From: an uncultured Pseudomonadota bacterium | GTDB lineage: Bacteria > Vulcanimicrobiota > Vulcanimicrobiia > Eremiobacterales > Eremiobacteraceae | Direction of reading: 5' to 3' | DNA: 64,000 nt | NCBI GenBank assembly: GCA_963736005.1 | Contig: CAVTNB010000001.1 | Coordinates: forward strand, 320,001-384,000 | In this document: in pieces, positions 38,817-48,491 of the stretch | Position numbering within the stretch: the stretch's first letter is position 1 | Layout of the letters: every line of letters begins with the position of its first letter | Notes under the pieces: model-generated | What the model saw: the letters and a program-made list of their open reading frames with translations, nothing else | Databases searched by the model: none | What the model was told of the DNA's origin: nothing | Program-made: the position numbers and the translations under genes

Positions 38817-41378
38817 TTACCGCAGCGAGCCCCAGCGGTGATCGTAGGAAATGGTCAGTTGATGTGGAGGCGCGGGATACGCACTCGTGCAGTACAGATA
38901 CGGCGCGCTTGGGAAGCGACAGCCTAGCGTGTACCCAGGCGCGCCGATGAGCGGAATCCCCTGGTCGAATGCGCTCCAAAGCCCCGCATTTGTATTGAAG
39001 ATGTTCGTCCACGCTACGTGGATGCGATCAGCGCCAACCGGCACGTCAGCTCCGGCATTGTAGAGCCAAAACGGATTGACGTTGTACGCGTTGTTGTGAC
39101 CAAAATAGTTGGCGCCAAAGAAGACCGACGTGACTTGCGACAGGGTGTGGTAATTGACTGACCACCCGTACTTTTGTATGGGAACCCCGAGGAATTGCTG
39201 GTTGTTCACCACATCGCCGAGTTGAGCGGCCGTTCCCGGATCAATGCCCGTCGGATAGGCCGACTGCGTATTGTACTCGAGGTGCGCACTGAAGTTGCCG
39301 TTAAATGGAGCAGTCCCCTCGAACTCAATTCCCTGATAGACGGCGTGCGCGATGTTAAATGGTTGGGCCACGAACAAAACCGGACATGGAACCGGCGTCA
39401 TCCCACTCATGCAATTGTTACCGGCAAAGAACAACCCTGGCGGTGCTGGGAAGATGCCATCGAAGATGTGATTTGTGAGATTCGTCCGGTACAGATCGAT
39501 GCTGATGTTGCCATCGTATCGGAAGAGTCGTTGGTATCCGATATCACCGCCAACAGCGGTCTCTGCCTTTACACTTGGATTTCCGGTGTCGGCAACACAG
39601 TTAAAGTTTGAGCCGGGGCAGCTTGACCCCGGATTCCCGCGACTAAGGTTGAGCGTACTAAATAAGTCGGACAACCGAGGCGCAGCAAAACCCGTTCCGA
39701 ACGAAGCGCGAAAGACACTGTTGGTGTCCGGTTTGTAGACGACTGCGAGCCGCGGATCGAAGCGTTTCACCTGCAGCGTATCGTAGTCGCTGTAGTATCC
39801 CGCAAAAGTCAGGTCGAGCCTTGGATCGACCGTATAGTCGTCGCGAACCAGATACGTCCTCTCGATTTGCTTGCCGGTTGCTGATGGAACAAGCTGCTCG
39901 AAGGTGGCACTGGAAAATCCAGGCAGTCCACCGAAATAGAAGTCGTCACTGTTTCCGCCCGCGGCGAGCGTTAGGGCGTTGTTGCCCATCGATTTCGTCC
40001 AAGACGCCAAGACCCCGCCGAGCCGGTCAAGAGAGCGCGACTCAAAGCAGCACGTTGCAGGGGCTTCATTCAGACCATCAACTACCCGCTCCAGATACTG
40101 CTTGTAGTAGCGCAGCGTGAGGGTCCCTCCTCCGAGAGAGGTTCCGAAATCGACCCAATACTTGGGTTGGATATTCCAAACGAAGTCGCCAGGGAACCCA
40201 TAGAACGAGGGTAAGCCGGTCTTCGGATCGATGATCGGTGTGCCACTCGACGTCAGATTGGGGTTTGCGACCAGACCAAGCTGATCACGATAATCACTTT
40301 CATCCGAGGCTCCCACAACCAAGTAGCTCGCGGACGAAAGATCGTAGCGCAACTTTGCGAGCCCAGATTTGAGGTTCAATGTCTGCGTCGGGTGAGCAAT
40401 GACGTTTGCCCCAAAGAACGGCTGATAAACCGCTGTGTAAGGATACGGAACGAAACCATCTGTTCCGTATCGATGAAGATCAACTAGGTACCCAAAGCGG
40501 CCGAATGTGTTTGTTTCTAAGACGTTGTAATCCGTGGTCCCATAACCACCGGCTGTCACGATCGCCTCGCCGCCCTCGGTTTTCGCTGGATCCCGGGTGA
40601 CGAAATTCACCGTACCGCCGATTGTGTTCGCGCCAAAGAGTGAGGTGCCACCAACGCCTTTGATCACCTCGACGCGTGAATAGATGGCTGGGGTCAGGGC
40701 TGATGCATCGAAGTCTCCGTACTGGCCGTTGCGCATCGGCTCGCCATCCTGCAGCACGAGTATCTCATATCCCGTATTCGAGGCCCCATCGAATCCGCCG
40801 CCAAAACCACCTGCGCCACGAATGGTAAGAGTTGTAACGGTCCCGGGAGCGCCACCATCGTAGCGCTCAAGGGTGACCCCTGGCAGGGTCTCGAGTGCTG
40901 TTTGAGCTTGCGTTGCGCCCAAATCGATGAACTGATTGCTTGAGATCGTTGTGCTCGCGGCCGACGACGTGTTGAGCACCGGATGGCCAGTCACTGTGAC
41001 GTGTCCCAGGCTAGTGATGTTCGTCGTCGTTACCGGTTGCAGCGCCACTTGCAAGGAGATCGTTTGCCCATCGGCCAGCGGCAGAGGCGCGGACTCCGTT
41101 GTTTGGAAGAGTTTCGCCGTGACTCTGAGATAAAACGTTCCGGCGGCAAGGCCGGTAAAACTAAACGAGCCGTCCTTAGCCGTCGCGGTCGTAAATGTTT
41201 CTGCGGTGCCGACCAGGTCGACTTTCGCTCCTTGAACCGGAGAGCCGTTGTTCCCCGACACGACCGTTCCCGTGATCGAGCCAGTGCCAGCTGCCCATGC
41301 GCTCGATGGAGTCGAGTTGAGTGCGCCCACCAAGAAGGCGAGGAACGTAAGGAAACAGACAAGACGACGCAGATGCAT
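38817..41378 (-). CDS. TonB-dependent receptor with N-terminal carboxypeptidase regulatory-like domain
   Basis: AAGGAG RBS; signal peptide; GSITGTV; plug LETLPGV..IRG..DG..RVEVIKG..SLFG.N.IGGTVNFVT; barrel PRLAVVY, RASFGTGF.AP, GNP.VKAE. Confidence 0.9.
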   Translation of the reverse strand: MHLRRLVCFLTFLAFLVGALNSTPSSAWAAGTGSITGTVVSGNNGSPVQGAKVDLVGTAETFTTATAKDGSFSFTGLAAGTFYLRVTAKLFQTTESAPLPLADGQTISLQVALQPVTTTNITSLGHVTVTGHPVLNTSSAASTTISSNQFIDLGATQAQTALETLPGVTLERYDGGAPGTVTTLTIRGAGGFGGGFDGASNTGYEILVLQDGEPMRNGQYGDFDASALTPAIYSRVEVIKGVGGTSLFGANTIGGTVNFVTRDPAKTEGGEAIVTAGGYGTTDYNVLETNTFGRFGYLVDLHRYGTDGFVPYPYTAVYQPFFGANVIAHPTQTLNLKSGLAKLRYDLSSASYLVVGASDESDYRDQLGLVANPNLTSSGTPIIDPKTGLPSFYGFPGDFVWNIQPKYWVDFGTSLGGGTLTLRYYKQYLERVVDGLNEAPATCCFESRSLDRLGGVLASWTKSMGNNALTLAAGGNSDDFYFGGLPGFSSATFEQLVPSATGKQIERTYLVRDDYTVDPRLDLTFAGYYSDYDTLQVKRFDPRLAVVYKPDTNSVFRASFGTGFAAPRLSDLFSTLNLSRGNPGSSCPGSNFNCVADTGNPSVKAETAVGGDIGYQRLFRYDGNISIDLYRTNLTNHIFDGIFPAPPGLFFAGNNCMSGMTPVPCPVLFVAQPFNIAHAVYQGIEFEGTAPFNGNFSAHLEYNTQSAYPTGIDPGTAAQLGDVVNNQQFLGVPIQKYGWSVNYHTLSQVTSVFFGANYFGHNNAYNVNPFWLYNAGADVPVGADRIHVAWTNIFNTNAGLWSAFDQGIPLIGAPGYTLGCRFPSAPYLYCTSAYPAPPHQLTISYDHRWGSLR

Positions 41379-41497
41379 ATGCCTCTCCTTAAAATCTAGC
41401 GATTCCATTAGGCTCGGCGTTCTCATCCACATTCGCGCGTCCCTGTCGCTAGGTGCGCGGGAAGGTCAGTTCCTGAAAAGCGACAAAGCGGCGCTCG

Positions 41498-42559
41498 TTG
41501 AGGAGCGAAGCTGTGCATAAAACACTCGTTTGTATGTTCGTTGCGGTGGCGCTTGTGCTCGCGTCGTGTTCGAATAAGGGCGCAGGCACCTCAGGATCGG
41601 TTGCCGCCGGGAAACTATCTTTAGGAATGGTTACCGACGTCGGAGGCCTCGGGGACAAATCATTCAACGACTCTGCCTACCGCGGGCTGCAGCGCGCCCA
41701 AGCCCAGCTTGGGGTAACCGCATCTGTGCTGCAGTCGAGGTCCGTTTCCGATTACGAACCTAACCTCTCCACCCTGGCGCAGCATGGCGATGCGTTAATC
41801 TTTGCGATCGGCTTCCTCATGCACGACTCGCTCAACGATGTTGCGCCTAGATTCCCCAAAACCCATTTCGCCATCATTGACTCGGTGGTTGACCAGCCCA
41901 ACGTCACTTCTGTAACCTTCCGCGAAGAGGAAAGCTCGTTCTTAGCCGGCGTGCTTGCAGGCCTCGTGACCAAGACAAACACGGTCGGATTCCTCGGAGG
42001 CATCCAATCCCCGCTCATCGAGAAGTTCGAAGCCGGTTTTGTCGCGGGGGTGAAATCGTCAAACCCCAAAGCGCAAGTCCTCATTAAGTACACAGGTTCC
42101 TTTGACGACGTTGCTGCGGGCAAGGAATACGCCGCGGTGCTCTACGATCAAGGGGCAGACATCATCTATGCTGCCGCTGGTAAGTGCGGGCTCGGCGCTA
42201 TCGATGAAGTCAAGAGCCGACCCAAAGGCTTCTATATCATTGGCGTCGACTCCGATCAAGATGCGCTCGCTCCCGGGAAAGTCCTCACGAGCGCACTCAA
42301 GCATGTGGATAACGCGGTGTATGCTTTGGCCTTGGCTGCGTCCCAACAAAAGATTCCCAGCGGCCACGTTGTGCTCGGCCTGAAAGAAGGCGGCGTCGGT
42401 CTCACCACGATGCAGTACACCAAATCGTCCTTACCGCCGGGCGCTTTGTCAGTGCTTGCCGGTTATCAGCGCGCAATCATCTCGGGCAAGCTTGCAGTGC
42501 CTTCGACCGCAAGCGAACTTGCTGCGTTTCGTCCGGTTCCTCTTAGCGCGTCGCGATGA
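41498..42559 (+). CDS. BMP-family (nucleoside) ABC substrate-binding lipoprotein
   Basis: Lipobox LASC; TDVGGLGDKSFN, F.EEE.SFLAG, GADII, IGVDSDQ. Confidence 0.93.
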   Translation: MRSEAVHKTLVCMFVAVALVLASCSNKGAGTSGSVAAGKLSLGMVTDVGGLGDKSFNDSAYRGLQRAQAQLGVTASVLQSRSVSDYEPNLSTLAQHGDALIFAIGFLMHDSLNDVAPRFPKTHFAIIDSVVDQPNVTSVTFREEESSFLAGVLAGLVTKTNTVGFLGGIQSPLIEKFEAGFVAGVKSSNPKAQVLIKYTGSFDDVAAGKEYAAVLYDQGADIIYAAAGKCGLGAIDEVKSRPKGFYIIGVDSDQDALAPGKVLTSALKHVDNAVYALALAASQQKIPSGHVVLGLKEGGVGLTTMQYTKSSLPPGALSVLAGYQRAIISGKLAVPSTASELAAFRPVPLSASR

Positions 42560-44073
42560 GCGGCGAGTCAGCGCCGCTGCTTCGTTGCCACGGAGTGAGC
42601 AAACGCTTCGGCTCGCTGGTCGCTAACGATCGAATCGATTTTGACGTGCGTGCGGGCGAAGTGCACGCGATCGTCGGTGAAAACGGCGCCGGCAAGAGCA
42701 CGTTTATGAATCTGCTCTACGGTGTGTTGCAGCCGGATGCGGGCACCATCGAAGTTCGGGGCACTCGCGTTCGTTTTACTAACTGCGCCGATGCCATGCG
42801 AGCCGGGATTGGGATGGTGTTTCAACACTACCTGCTCGTCGAACGATTTACGGTTGCGGAAAATGTTCTGCTGGGGCGGGAACGAACTGCGCGAGGCTTT
42901 CTCGATCGGAACACCGCCAGCGATGTTGTGCGCGAGGTCGCTGCGAGGTATCGCTTCCTCATCGACCCGGATGCACGCGTGGAGTCGCTGGGCGTGGGGG
43001 CACGACAGCAAGTCGAGCTGCTGAAAGTTTTGGAACGCGATCCGCAGATCGTCATCTTGGACGAGCCGACCGCATCGCTGTCGCCGCTCGAGATCGATGG
43101 ACTCTTCGAGGTTGTTCGCCGCATGCGTTCGCAAGGCCGCGCGGTCATCTTCATCACCCATAAACTCAAAGAGGTTATGGCGATCAGCGATCGGGTGACC
43201 GTCTTGCGCCAAGGCAAAGTTGTGGGCAAGCTCGATCGGGCCGATGCGAGCGAAGCCATTCTTGGCTCCCTCATGGTGGGTAGGGACGTGCCACCCCAAG
43301 TGACGCCCGTCGGACCCGAACCATCGAGCCAGCCCGTGCTCCTCGTACGCGATATCGTCGTGCAAACCGACGCGGGGACACCAGCAGTGAGCGAAATTTC
43401 ACTTGAGGTCAAATCGGGCGAGGTTGTCGGTATTGCCGGCGTCGAGGGAAATGGCCAGGTGGAGTTCGCCGAAGCGCTCTACGGTATGCGAGCATGTGTG
43501 TCGGGCTCGATTGTGTTGGATGGCGCCGATGTGACGCATGCCAGCTCCGTTGCGCGGCGCCATGCCGGGTTGCGCTACATTTCGCCGGATCGGCAGCGCG
43601 AGGGGTTGGTGCTTGATTTCGACGCGCCCGAGAACATGCTCGTGGGCAACGAGCGCCTCATGCGGCACGGCATGGTCGTTGATCTCGCCGCCGCGCGCGC
43701 GCAAGCCGACGCGATCGCTCGGAGTTTCCGAATTCCCGGCTACACGCCGCCGGCACCGATGCGCAGCTACTCAGGTGGCACGCAACAAAAATTTTTGGTC
43801 GGCCGCGAACTTGAGGGAGGAGCGCGCGCCGTGATTGCCTTTGCGCCGACTCGGGGTGTCGATATCGGCGCCGCAGAAAGTATTTACGAACATTTCAAGC
43901 GACTGCAAGCGGGTGGTGCCTGCATCCTCTTAGTTTCGTATGACCTTGATGAGATCCGTTCGCTCGCCAATCGCATCGTCGTGTTTAGCAAGGGATGCAT
44001 TGTCGGAGAGTTGAGGACATTCCAGGCGGACGATGCGACGCTCGGGCGTTTGATGGGCGGATCTGCGGCGTGA
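42556..44073 (+). CDS. Nucleoside/sugar ABC ATP-binding protein (two NBDs)
   Basis: GENGAGKST, ILDEPT, second NBD GVEGNGQ, SGG.QQK, PTRGVD. Confidence 0.93.
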   Translation: MSGESAPLLRCHGVSKRFGSLVANDRIDFDVRAGEVHAIVGENGAGKSTFMNLLYGVLQPDAGTIEVRGTRVRFTNCADAMRAGIGMVFQHYLLVERFTVAENVLLGRERTARGFLDRNTASDVVREVAARYRFLIDPDARVESLGVGARQQVELLKVLERDPQIVILDEPTASLSPLEIDGLFEVVRRMRSQGRAVIFITHKLKEVMAISDRVTVLRQGKVVGKLDRADASEAILGSLMVGRDVPPQVTPVGPEPSSQPVLLVRDIVVQTDAGTPAVSEISLEVKSGEVVGIAGVEGNGQVEFAEALYGMRACVSGSIVLDGADVTHASSVARRHAGLRYISPDRQREGLVLDFDAPENMLVGNERLMRHGMVVDLAAARAQADAIARSFRIPGYTPPAPMRSYSGGTQQKFLVGRELEGGARAVIAFAPTRGVDIGAAESIYEHFKRLQAGGACILLVSYDLDEIRSLANRIVVFSKGCIVGELRTFQADDATLGRLMGGSAA

Positions 44074-45137
44074 CCGTGCTGCGGCGGCTCGCACCGTTCA
44101 TGCCGCTGCTTGCAGTTATTGCTCTCAGTTTCTTCATCGTCATCGCCGCCAAGGGCAACCCGATTGATGCCTACTCGGCGCTCTTCCAAGGCGCGTTCGG
44201 GTCGCTTCAGGGCATAGCTGAGACGCTGACCCAAACGACGGTGTTGTTGTTTGCGGCTCTTGGCGTTGCCATCGCTTTTCGCGCCGGCTTGTTTAATATT
44301 GGGGCGGAGGGTCAGCTGATCGTGGGCGCGTTGTGCACGGCCGTCGCCGGTGCCTCGCTCCATATACCCAAGATGTTGGAAGTGCCCGCATGCTTCGCTG
44401 CCGGCGCCGTTGGAGGCGCGTTTTGGGGCTTGATTGCCGGCTGGCTCAAGGCTCGATTTGGCGCTAGCGAAGTCATCACCACGATCATGCTCAACTACAT
44501 TGCCTATCTCGGCGCTAATTTTCTTGTTGCCGGACCCTTGCGCGGCTCGGCCTCGGCTCCGGAGACTGCCCAAGTATGGTCGACGGCAATGCTTTCGCCC
44601 ATCATCCCTCTCACACGCTTGACGGCAGCTTTCCCGTTTGCTATTTTGACGGCGATCGTGCTGTGGTGGTGGTTGCACCGCACGGTTGGAGGATTCGAGG
44701 TTCGCACGCTCGGGCGCTCGGAGCGTGCCGCGCGCTATGCGGGCATCCCCGTTCAATCGGTCATTATGCGGACCATGGCGCTCAGCGGAGCGCTCGCTGG
44801 ACTCGGCGGGGCGTCAGATGTCCTAGGGCTTGTGCATCGCTTCAACGCGGAGCTGTCTCCGGGATATGGCTTCACCGCCATCGCTGCAGCGCTGCTCGCG
44901 CAATCGAATCCGATCGCCGCGATCTTCACCTCCTTCTTCTTTGGCGCACTTCAAAATGGTGCGCTGTCAATGCAAGCACTAGCCGGCGTGCCAAAGGATC
45001 TGGTCTCCGTTATCACAGGTCTTGTGATCATGTTCGTTGCGGTGAACTGGTTTGGCAAGCGAGTGACCTTGCACGGCGCCCCAAGCGCAGACAGTGACGA
45101 TCTCCGTGACGAACCCGCACCGGAACCAGCGACATGA
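44070..45137 (+). CDS. Nucleoside ABC permease 1
   Basis: FRAGLFNIGAEGQ, EVITTIMLNYIA, GYGF.AI; GTG overlaps the upstream stop. Confidence 0.92.
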   Translation: MTVLRRLAPFMPLLAVIALSFFIVIAAKGNPIDAYSALFQGAFGSLQGIAETLTQTTVLLFAALGVAIAFRAGLFNIGAEGQLIVGALCTAVAGASLHIPKMLEVPACFAAGAVGGAFWGLIAGWLKARFGASEVITTIMLNYIAYLGANFLVAGPLRGSASAPETAQVWSTAMLSPIIPLTRLTAAFPFAILTAIVLWWWLHRTVGGFEVRTLGRSERAARYAGIPVQSVIMRTMALSGALAGLGGASDVLGLVHRFNAELSPGYGFTAIAAALLAQSNPIAAIFTSFFFGALQNGALSMQALAGVPKDLVSVITGLVIMFVAVNWFGKRVTLHGAPSADSDDLRDEPAPEPAT

Positions 45138-46051
45138 ACGGACTGCTTGGCCTTGTCGCTGCGGTGCTGGCCATCGCCTTGATCAAAGCAACGCCCCTCG
45201 TCTATGCAGCCCTTGGTGGGGTGATTTCTGAAAGTGCCGGCATCATTAACATTGCGCTCGAGGGAATGATGGCGGCGGGAGCCTTTAGCGCAGTCCTCGG
45301 ATCATTTTATTTTCACAACCTGGCCTTAGCCGTGTTGGTAGCGATGCTGACGGGCGCCGCGCTCGGCTTGCTGTTGGCGTACCTGGCCGTCACCCAGCGC
45401 GCGGACCAGATCGTCGTCGGGATGGCGATCAACGTGCTCGCAATTGGTGGTGCCGCCTTTCTCCTCGCCGTGGTCTTTGGCCAGCCGGGGGCATCACCGG
45501 AGGTCAAAAGCTTCAGTTCGCTCGGTCGCGTTGCTAGCGAAGGCCTGATGGATTTGTTCGTCAGTCCGGGCCGCTACATGCTCTTTTGGGTTGCCATTGC
45601 ACTTGTCGCGATCGTTCATATCTATTTGTATCGGACTCGCAGTGGGTTGCATCTCCGAGCGGTTGGTGAATCGCCCCATGCCGCACTCACGGCCGGCATC
45701 AATGTGGTCGGCTATCGCTACGCCGCAGCGATTGTCGGCGGCGCCCTGGCGGCACTCGGCGGGGCGTATCTCTCGATCGGGGAAGTCGATCTCTATTCTG
45801 ACGGAATGGTTGCTGGCCGGGGTTTCATCGCGCTCGCGGCGGTGATCTTTGGACGCTGGACGCCGCTCGGAGCGGCCGGCGCGTGTCTGTTCTTCGGCTT
45901 CTTTAGCAGCTTGCAGATCGCGCTGCAACGAGCGCAAGTGCCAGCGCAGCTCCTAGAAATGCTGCCCTACGTCTTAACGATCATTGCGATTGCCGGATTG
46001 ATTGGGAGGTCACGGCCGCCTGCAGCAGACGGCGTGCCGTTTACGCCTTGA
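45134..46051 (+). CDS. Nucleoside ABC permease 2
   Basis: SE.AGIINIALEG.M, LRAVGE.P.AA, GRGFIALAAVIFG.W. Confidence 0.92.
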   Translation: MNGLLGLVAAVLAIALIKATPLVYAALGGVISESAGIINIALEGMMAAGAFSAVLGSFYFHNLALAVLVAMLTGAALGLLLAYLAVTQRADQIVVGMAINVLAIGGAAFLLAVVFGQPGASPEVKSFSSLGRVASEGLMDLFVSPGRYMLFWVAIALVAIVHIYLYRTRSGLHLRAVGESPHAALTAGINVVGYRYAAAIVGGALAALGGAYLSIGEVDLYSDGMVAGRGFIALAAVIFGRWTPLGAAGACLFFGFFSSLQIALQRAQVPAQLLEMLPYVLTIIAIAGLIGRSRPPAADGVPFTP

Positions 46052-46077
46052 TGTAGTCGTGCGAATTTATTCGGACG
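46052..46077 (+). repeat. GTAG-type REP palindrome, family B
   Basis: TGTAGTCGTGCGAATTTATTCGGACG. Confidence 0.7.
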
Positions 46078-46092
46078 TGTACAACCCTTCCC

Positions 46093-46959
46093 TTACAAGC
46101 CCGCGGGATGCCACACGGTCTTGATTTCGACGAAAGATTGGATCCAATCCAAACCCTGAGCATCGCGCCCGTACCAGAATTCTGTGGGCGGCTCAGGGTG
46201 GCGGCGTACCCGCTTGAGGTTATCGCACGCGAGCTCGGCTGTTTTGGCATCAAGATCTTCGTCAGAGATCCACAGGTCAATGGCGTTCACATCCATATGC
46301 GCTGCAAGCGTCGGGGCAATCTCCGCGCGATAGCCGGTGAGCACATTTATGACACCGGCTGGGACGTCTGCGTTGGCGATCGCTTCTGCAAGACTCACCG
46401 CGCTTAAGGGATCTTTTTCCGACGCAACCAGCACGACGGTGTTGCCAGAGCAGATGATGGGGACGCAGGTCGAAATCAAGGGCAGCAGAGAGGGTGCGTG
46501 CGGGGACACGACTGCGACCACGCCTGTTGCTTCGGGACTCGAAACGTTAAAGTGGGGAGTGCTCACTGGGTTTTTTGTGGAGAGCACTTGCTCAATTTTG
46601 TCACACCAGCCCGCATACCACACGATGCGATCGATCGCCGCGCTGACCTCTCTGTCCGCTTGTGTGGGCGTCGCAATACCGCTGCCAAGAGCTTGCGCGA
46701 ACTGATCGCGCCGCGACTCCATGATTTCCGCAAGTCGATAGACGATTTGTCCCCGGTTGTACGCCGACCGATCGCGCCAAGCAGGCCAGGCGGTGCGTGC
46801 TGCCCGGACGGCGTCGCGAGCATCCTTTCGCGTCGCTCGGGCTGCGTGAACAATGCGCCCGTCGAGTTCGCAGGCAAACGTGCGCCCAGATTCAGAGCGG
46901 GTAAACGCGCCGCCAATGAACAGCTTGGGCGTCTTGCGAACGGCTACGCGTTGCGCCAA
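46093..46959 (-). CDS. Short ALDH-like protein lacking the catalytic domain
   Basis: KLFIGG.F.RSESG, YAGW.DK, GVINVLTG, HMDV, C-terminal FVEIKTVW; no ELGG or catalytic Cys. Confidence 0.88.
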   Translation of the reverse strand: MAQRVAVRKTPKLFIGGAFTRSESGRTFACELDGRIVHAARATRKDARDAVRAARTAWPAWRDRSAYNRGQIVYRLAEIMESRRDQFAQALGSGIATPTQADREVSAAIDRIVWYAGWCDKIEQVLSTKNPVSTPHFNVSSPEATGVVAVVSPHAPSLLPLISTCVPIICSGNTVVLVASEKDPLSAVSLAEAIANADVPAGVINVLTGYRAEIAPTLAAHMDVNAIDLWISDEDLDAKTAELACDNLKRVRRHPEPPTEFWYGRDAQGLDWIQSFVEIKTVWHPAGL

Positions 46960-48485
46960 GGAATCCTCACATACGGCAGCAATCCGAAAAGGCCACCCTC
47001 ACGCCCAAAGCCGCTCTCTTTATAGCCACCAAAGGCCGACGATGGGTCGAATTTGTTAAACGTGTTGCCCCAGACGACGCCGGCACGAAGTTGGGAGGCG
47101 ATTTTGAAGTTCTTGCTTCCTTTATCTGTCCACACACCCGCCGACAATCCATAGCGGGTGTTGTTGGCCTTTTCCACTGCCTCATCGGGGGTGCGGAAGG
47201 TCATGACGGAGAGCACGGGACCGAAAATCTCCTCTTGGGCAATTCGATCGGAAAGCGCTACATGCGTAAAAAATGTCGGCCTGAACCAATAACCTCGCGC
47301 GGGTAACGCGCACTCGGTCTGATAACGCTTGCGCCCAGCCTCTTCTCCGCTCGCGGCGAGCATCTCGATTTTATCGAGCTGGGCCTTGGAATTGATCGCT
47401 CCAACGTCCGTGTTCTTATCCAGCGGCTGCCCGACGCGCAGCGTTTGAATGCGCCGATAGAGTTTTTCAATCACCATCTCGTGCACCGACTCTTGCACGA
47501 GCAGTCGAGACCCAGCACAACACACGTGCCCTTGGTTGAAGAAAATGCCGTTAATGATGCCCTCGACCGCTTGATCCAAGGGCGCATCATCAAAAATAAT
47601 GTTGGCTGCCTTGCCACCCAGTTCGAGCGTCACCGGCCGGCGCAGGCGAGCGCACTCGCGGGCAATCTCTTTGCCAACCTCTGTCGACCCGGTAAAGGCA
47701 ACCTTGTCGAGCCCCGGATGTCGGACGAGCGAGGCCCCCGTCTCGCCGCCGCCGGTAATGATATTCACCACACCGGGTGGAAGGTCGGCTTGCTGGATGA
47801 TTTCGGCCAGCCACAGAGCGGTCAACGGCGTCGTTTCCGCCGGCTTTAAGACAACGGTGTTACCGCAGGCGAGCGCCGGCGCGATCTTCCAAGCCGCCAT
47901 GAGGAGCGGAAAGTTCCACGGGATGATTTGGCCAGCCACGCCCAATGGCGCGGGAGCTGCATTTCGAAACGCCCAGTCCAGCTTGTCGGCCCAACCTGCA
48001 TAATAAAAGAAATGCGCCGCTGCCAGGGGCACGTCGACGTCTCGTGACTCCCGAATCGGTTTTCCACCGTTCATCGATTCGAGCACCGCAAGTTCGCGAC
48101 TGCGTTCGGTAATCGAACGAGCAATCCGGAACAGATATTTTGCCCGGTCTTGTGGTGAGCAGCGACGCCAGTACTTCTCGTAGGCCGATCGTGCCGCTTG
48201 CACGGCTCTGTCGATGTCCGCGCCGCTTGCCTCGCCAACCTTAGTTAAGATTTCCTCGTTCGCGGGATTGAGGGTAGCGAAATAGCGGCCGCTCTTTGGC
48301 GCCACCCATTTTCCTCCAATAAAGAGGTCGTAGTGCGAAGCCAGCTTGAGGTAATCGTGTGCTTCAGGAGCGTCAACGTATTGCCAGGCCGCTTTGGCGG
48401 GGGCGGTCACCGCTAACCTCGCGCCGCCATTTGGCGAAGCTGGTGCTTTTGGCGATTTTGAAATCGGGCGAGCTCGTGGTGCCAC
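46944..48485 (-). CDS. Aldehyde dehydrogenase
   Basis: IIPWNFP, KPAE, FTGSTEVG, LELGGK, NQGHVCCAGS, EEIFGP, FGGYKESG.GRE. Confidence 0.95.
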   Translation of the reverse strand: MAPRARPISKSPKAPASPNGGARLAVTAPAKAAWQYVDAPEAHDYLKLASHYDLFIGGKWVAPKSGRYFATLNPANEEILTKVGEASGADIDRAVQAARSAYEKYWRRCSPQDRAKYLFRIARSITERSRELAVLESMNGGKPIRESRDVDVPLAAAHFFYYAGWADKLDWAFRNAAPAPLGVAGQIIPWNFPLLMAAWKIAPALACGNTVVLKPAETTPLTALWLAEIIQQADLPPGVVNIITGGGETGASLVRHPGLDKVAFTGSTEVGKEIARECARLRRPVTLELGGKAANIIFDDAPLDQAVEGIINGIFFNQGHVCCAGSRLLVQESVHEMVIEKLYRRIQTLRVGQPLDKNTDVGAINSKAQLDKIEMLAASGEEAGRKRYQTECALPARGYWFRPTFFTHVALSDRIAQEEIFGPVLSVMTFRTPDEAVEKANNTRYGLSAGVWTDKGSKNFKIASQLRAGVVWGNTFNKFDPSSAFGGYKESGFGREGGLFGLLPYVRIPWRNA

Positions 48486-48491
48486 TAGGTC

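Noticed and set aside
43700..43870. Degenerate Walker motifs in the second NBD as a sign of pseudogenisation
   Set aside because: Normal for CUT2/nucleoside ABC ATPases
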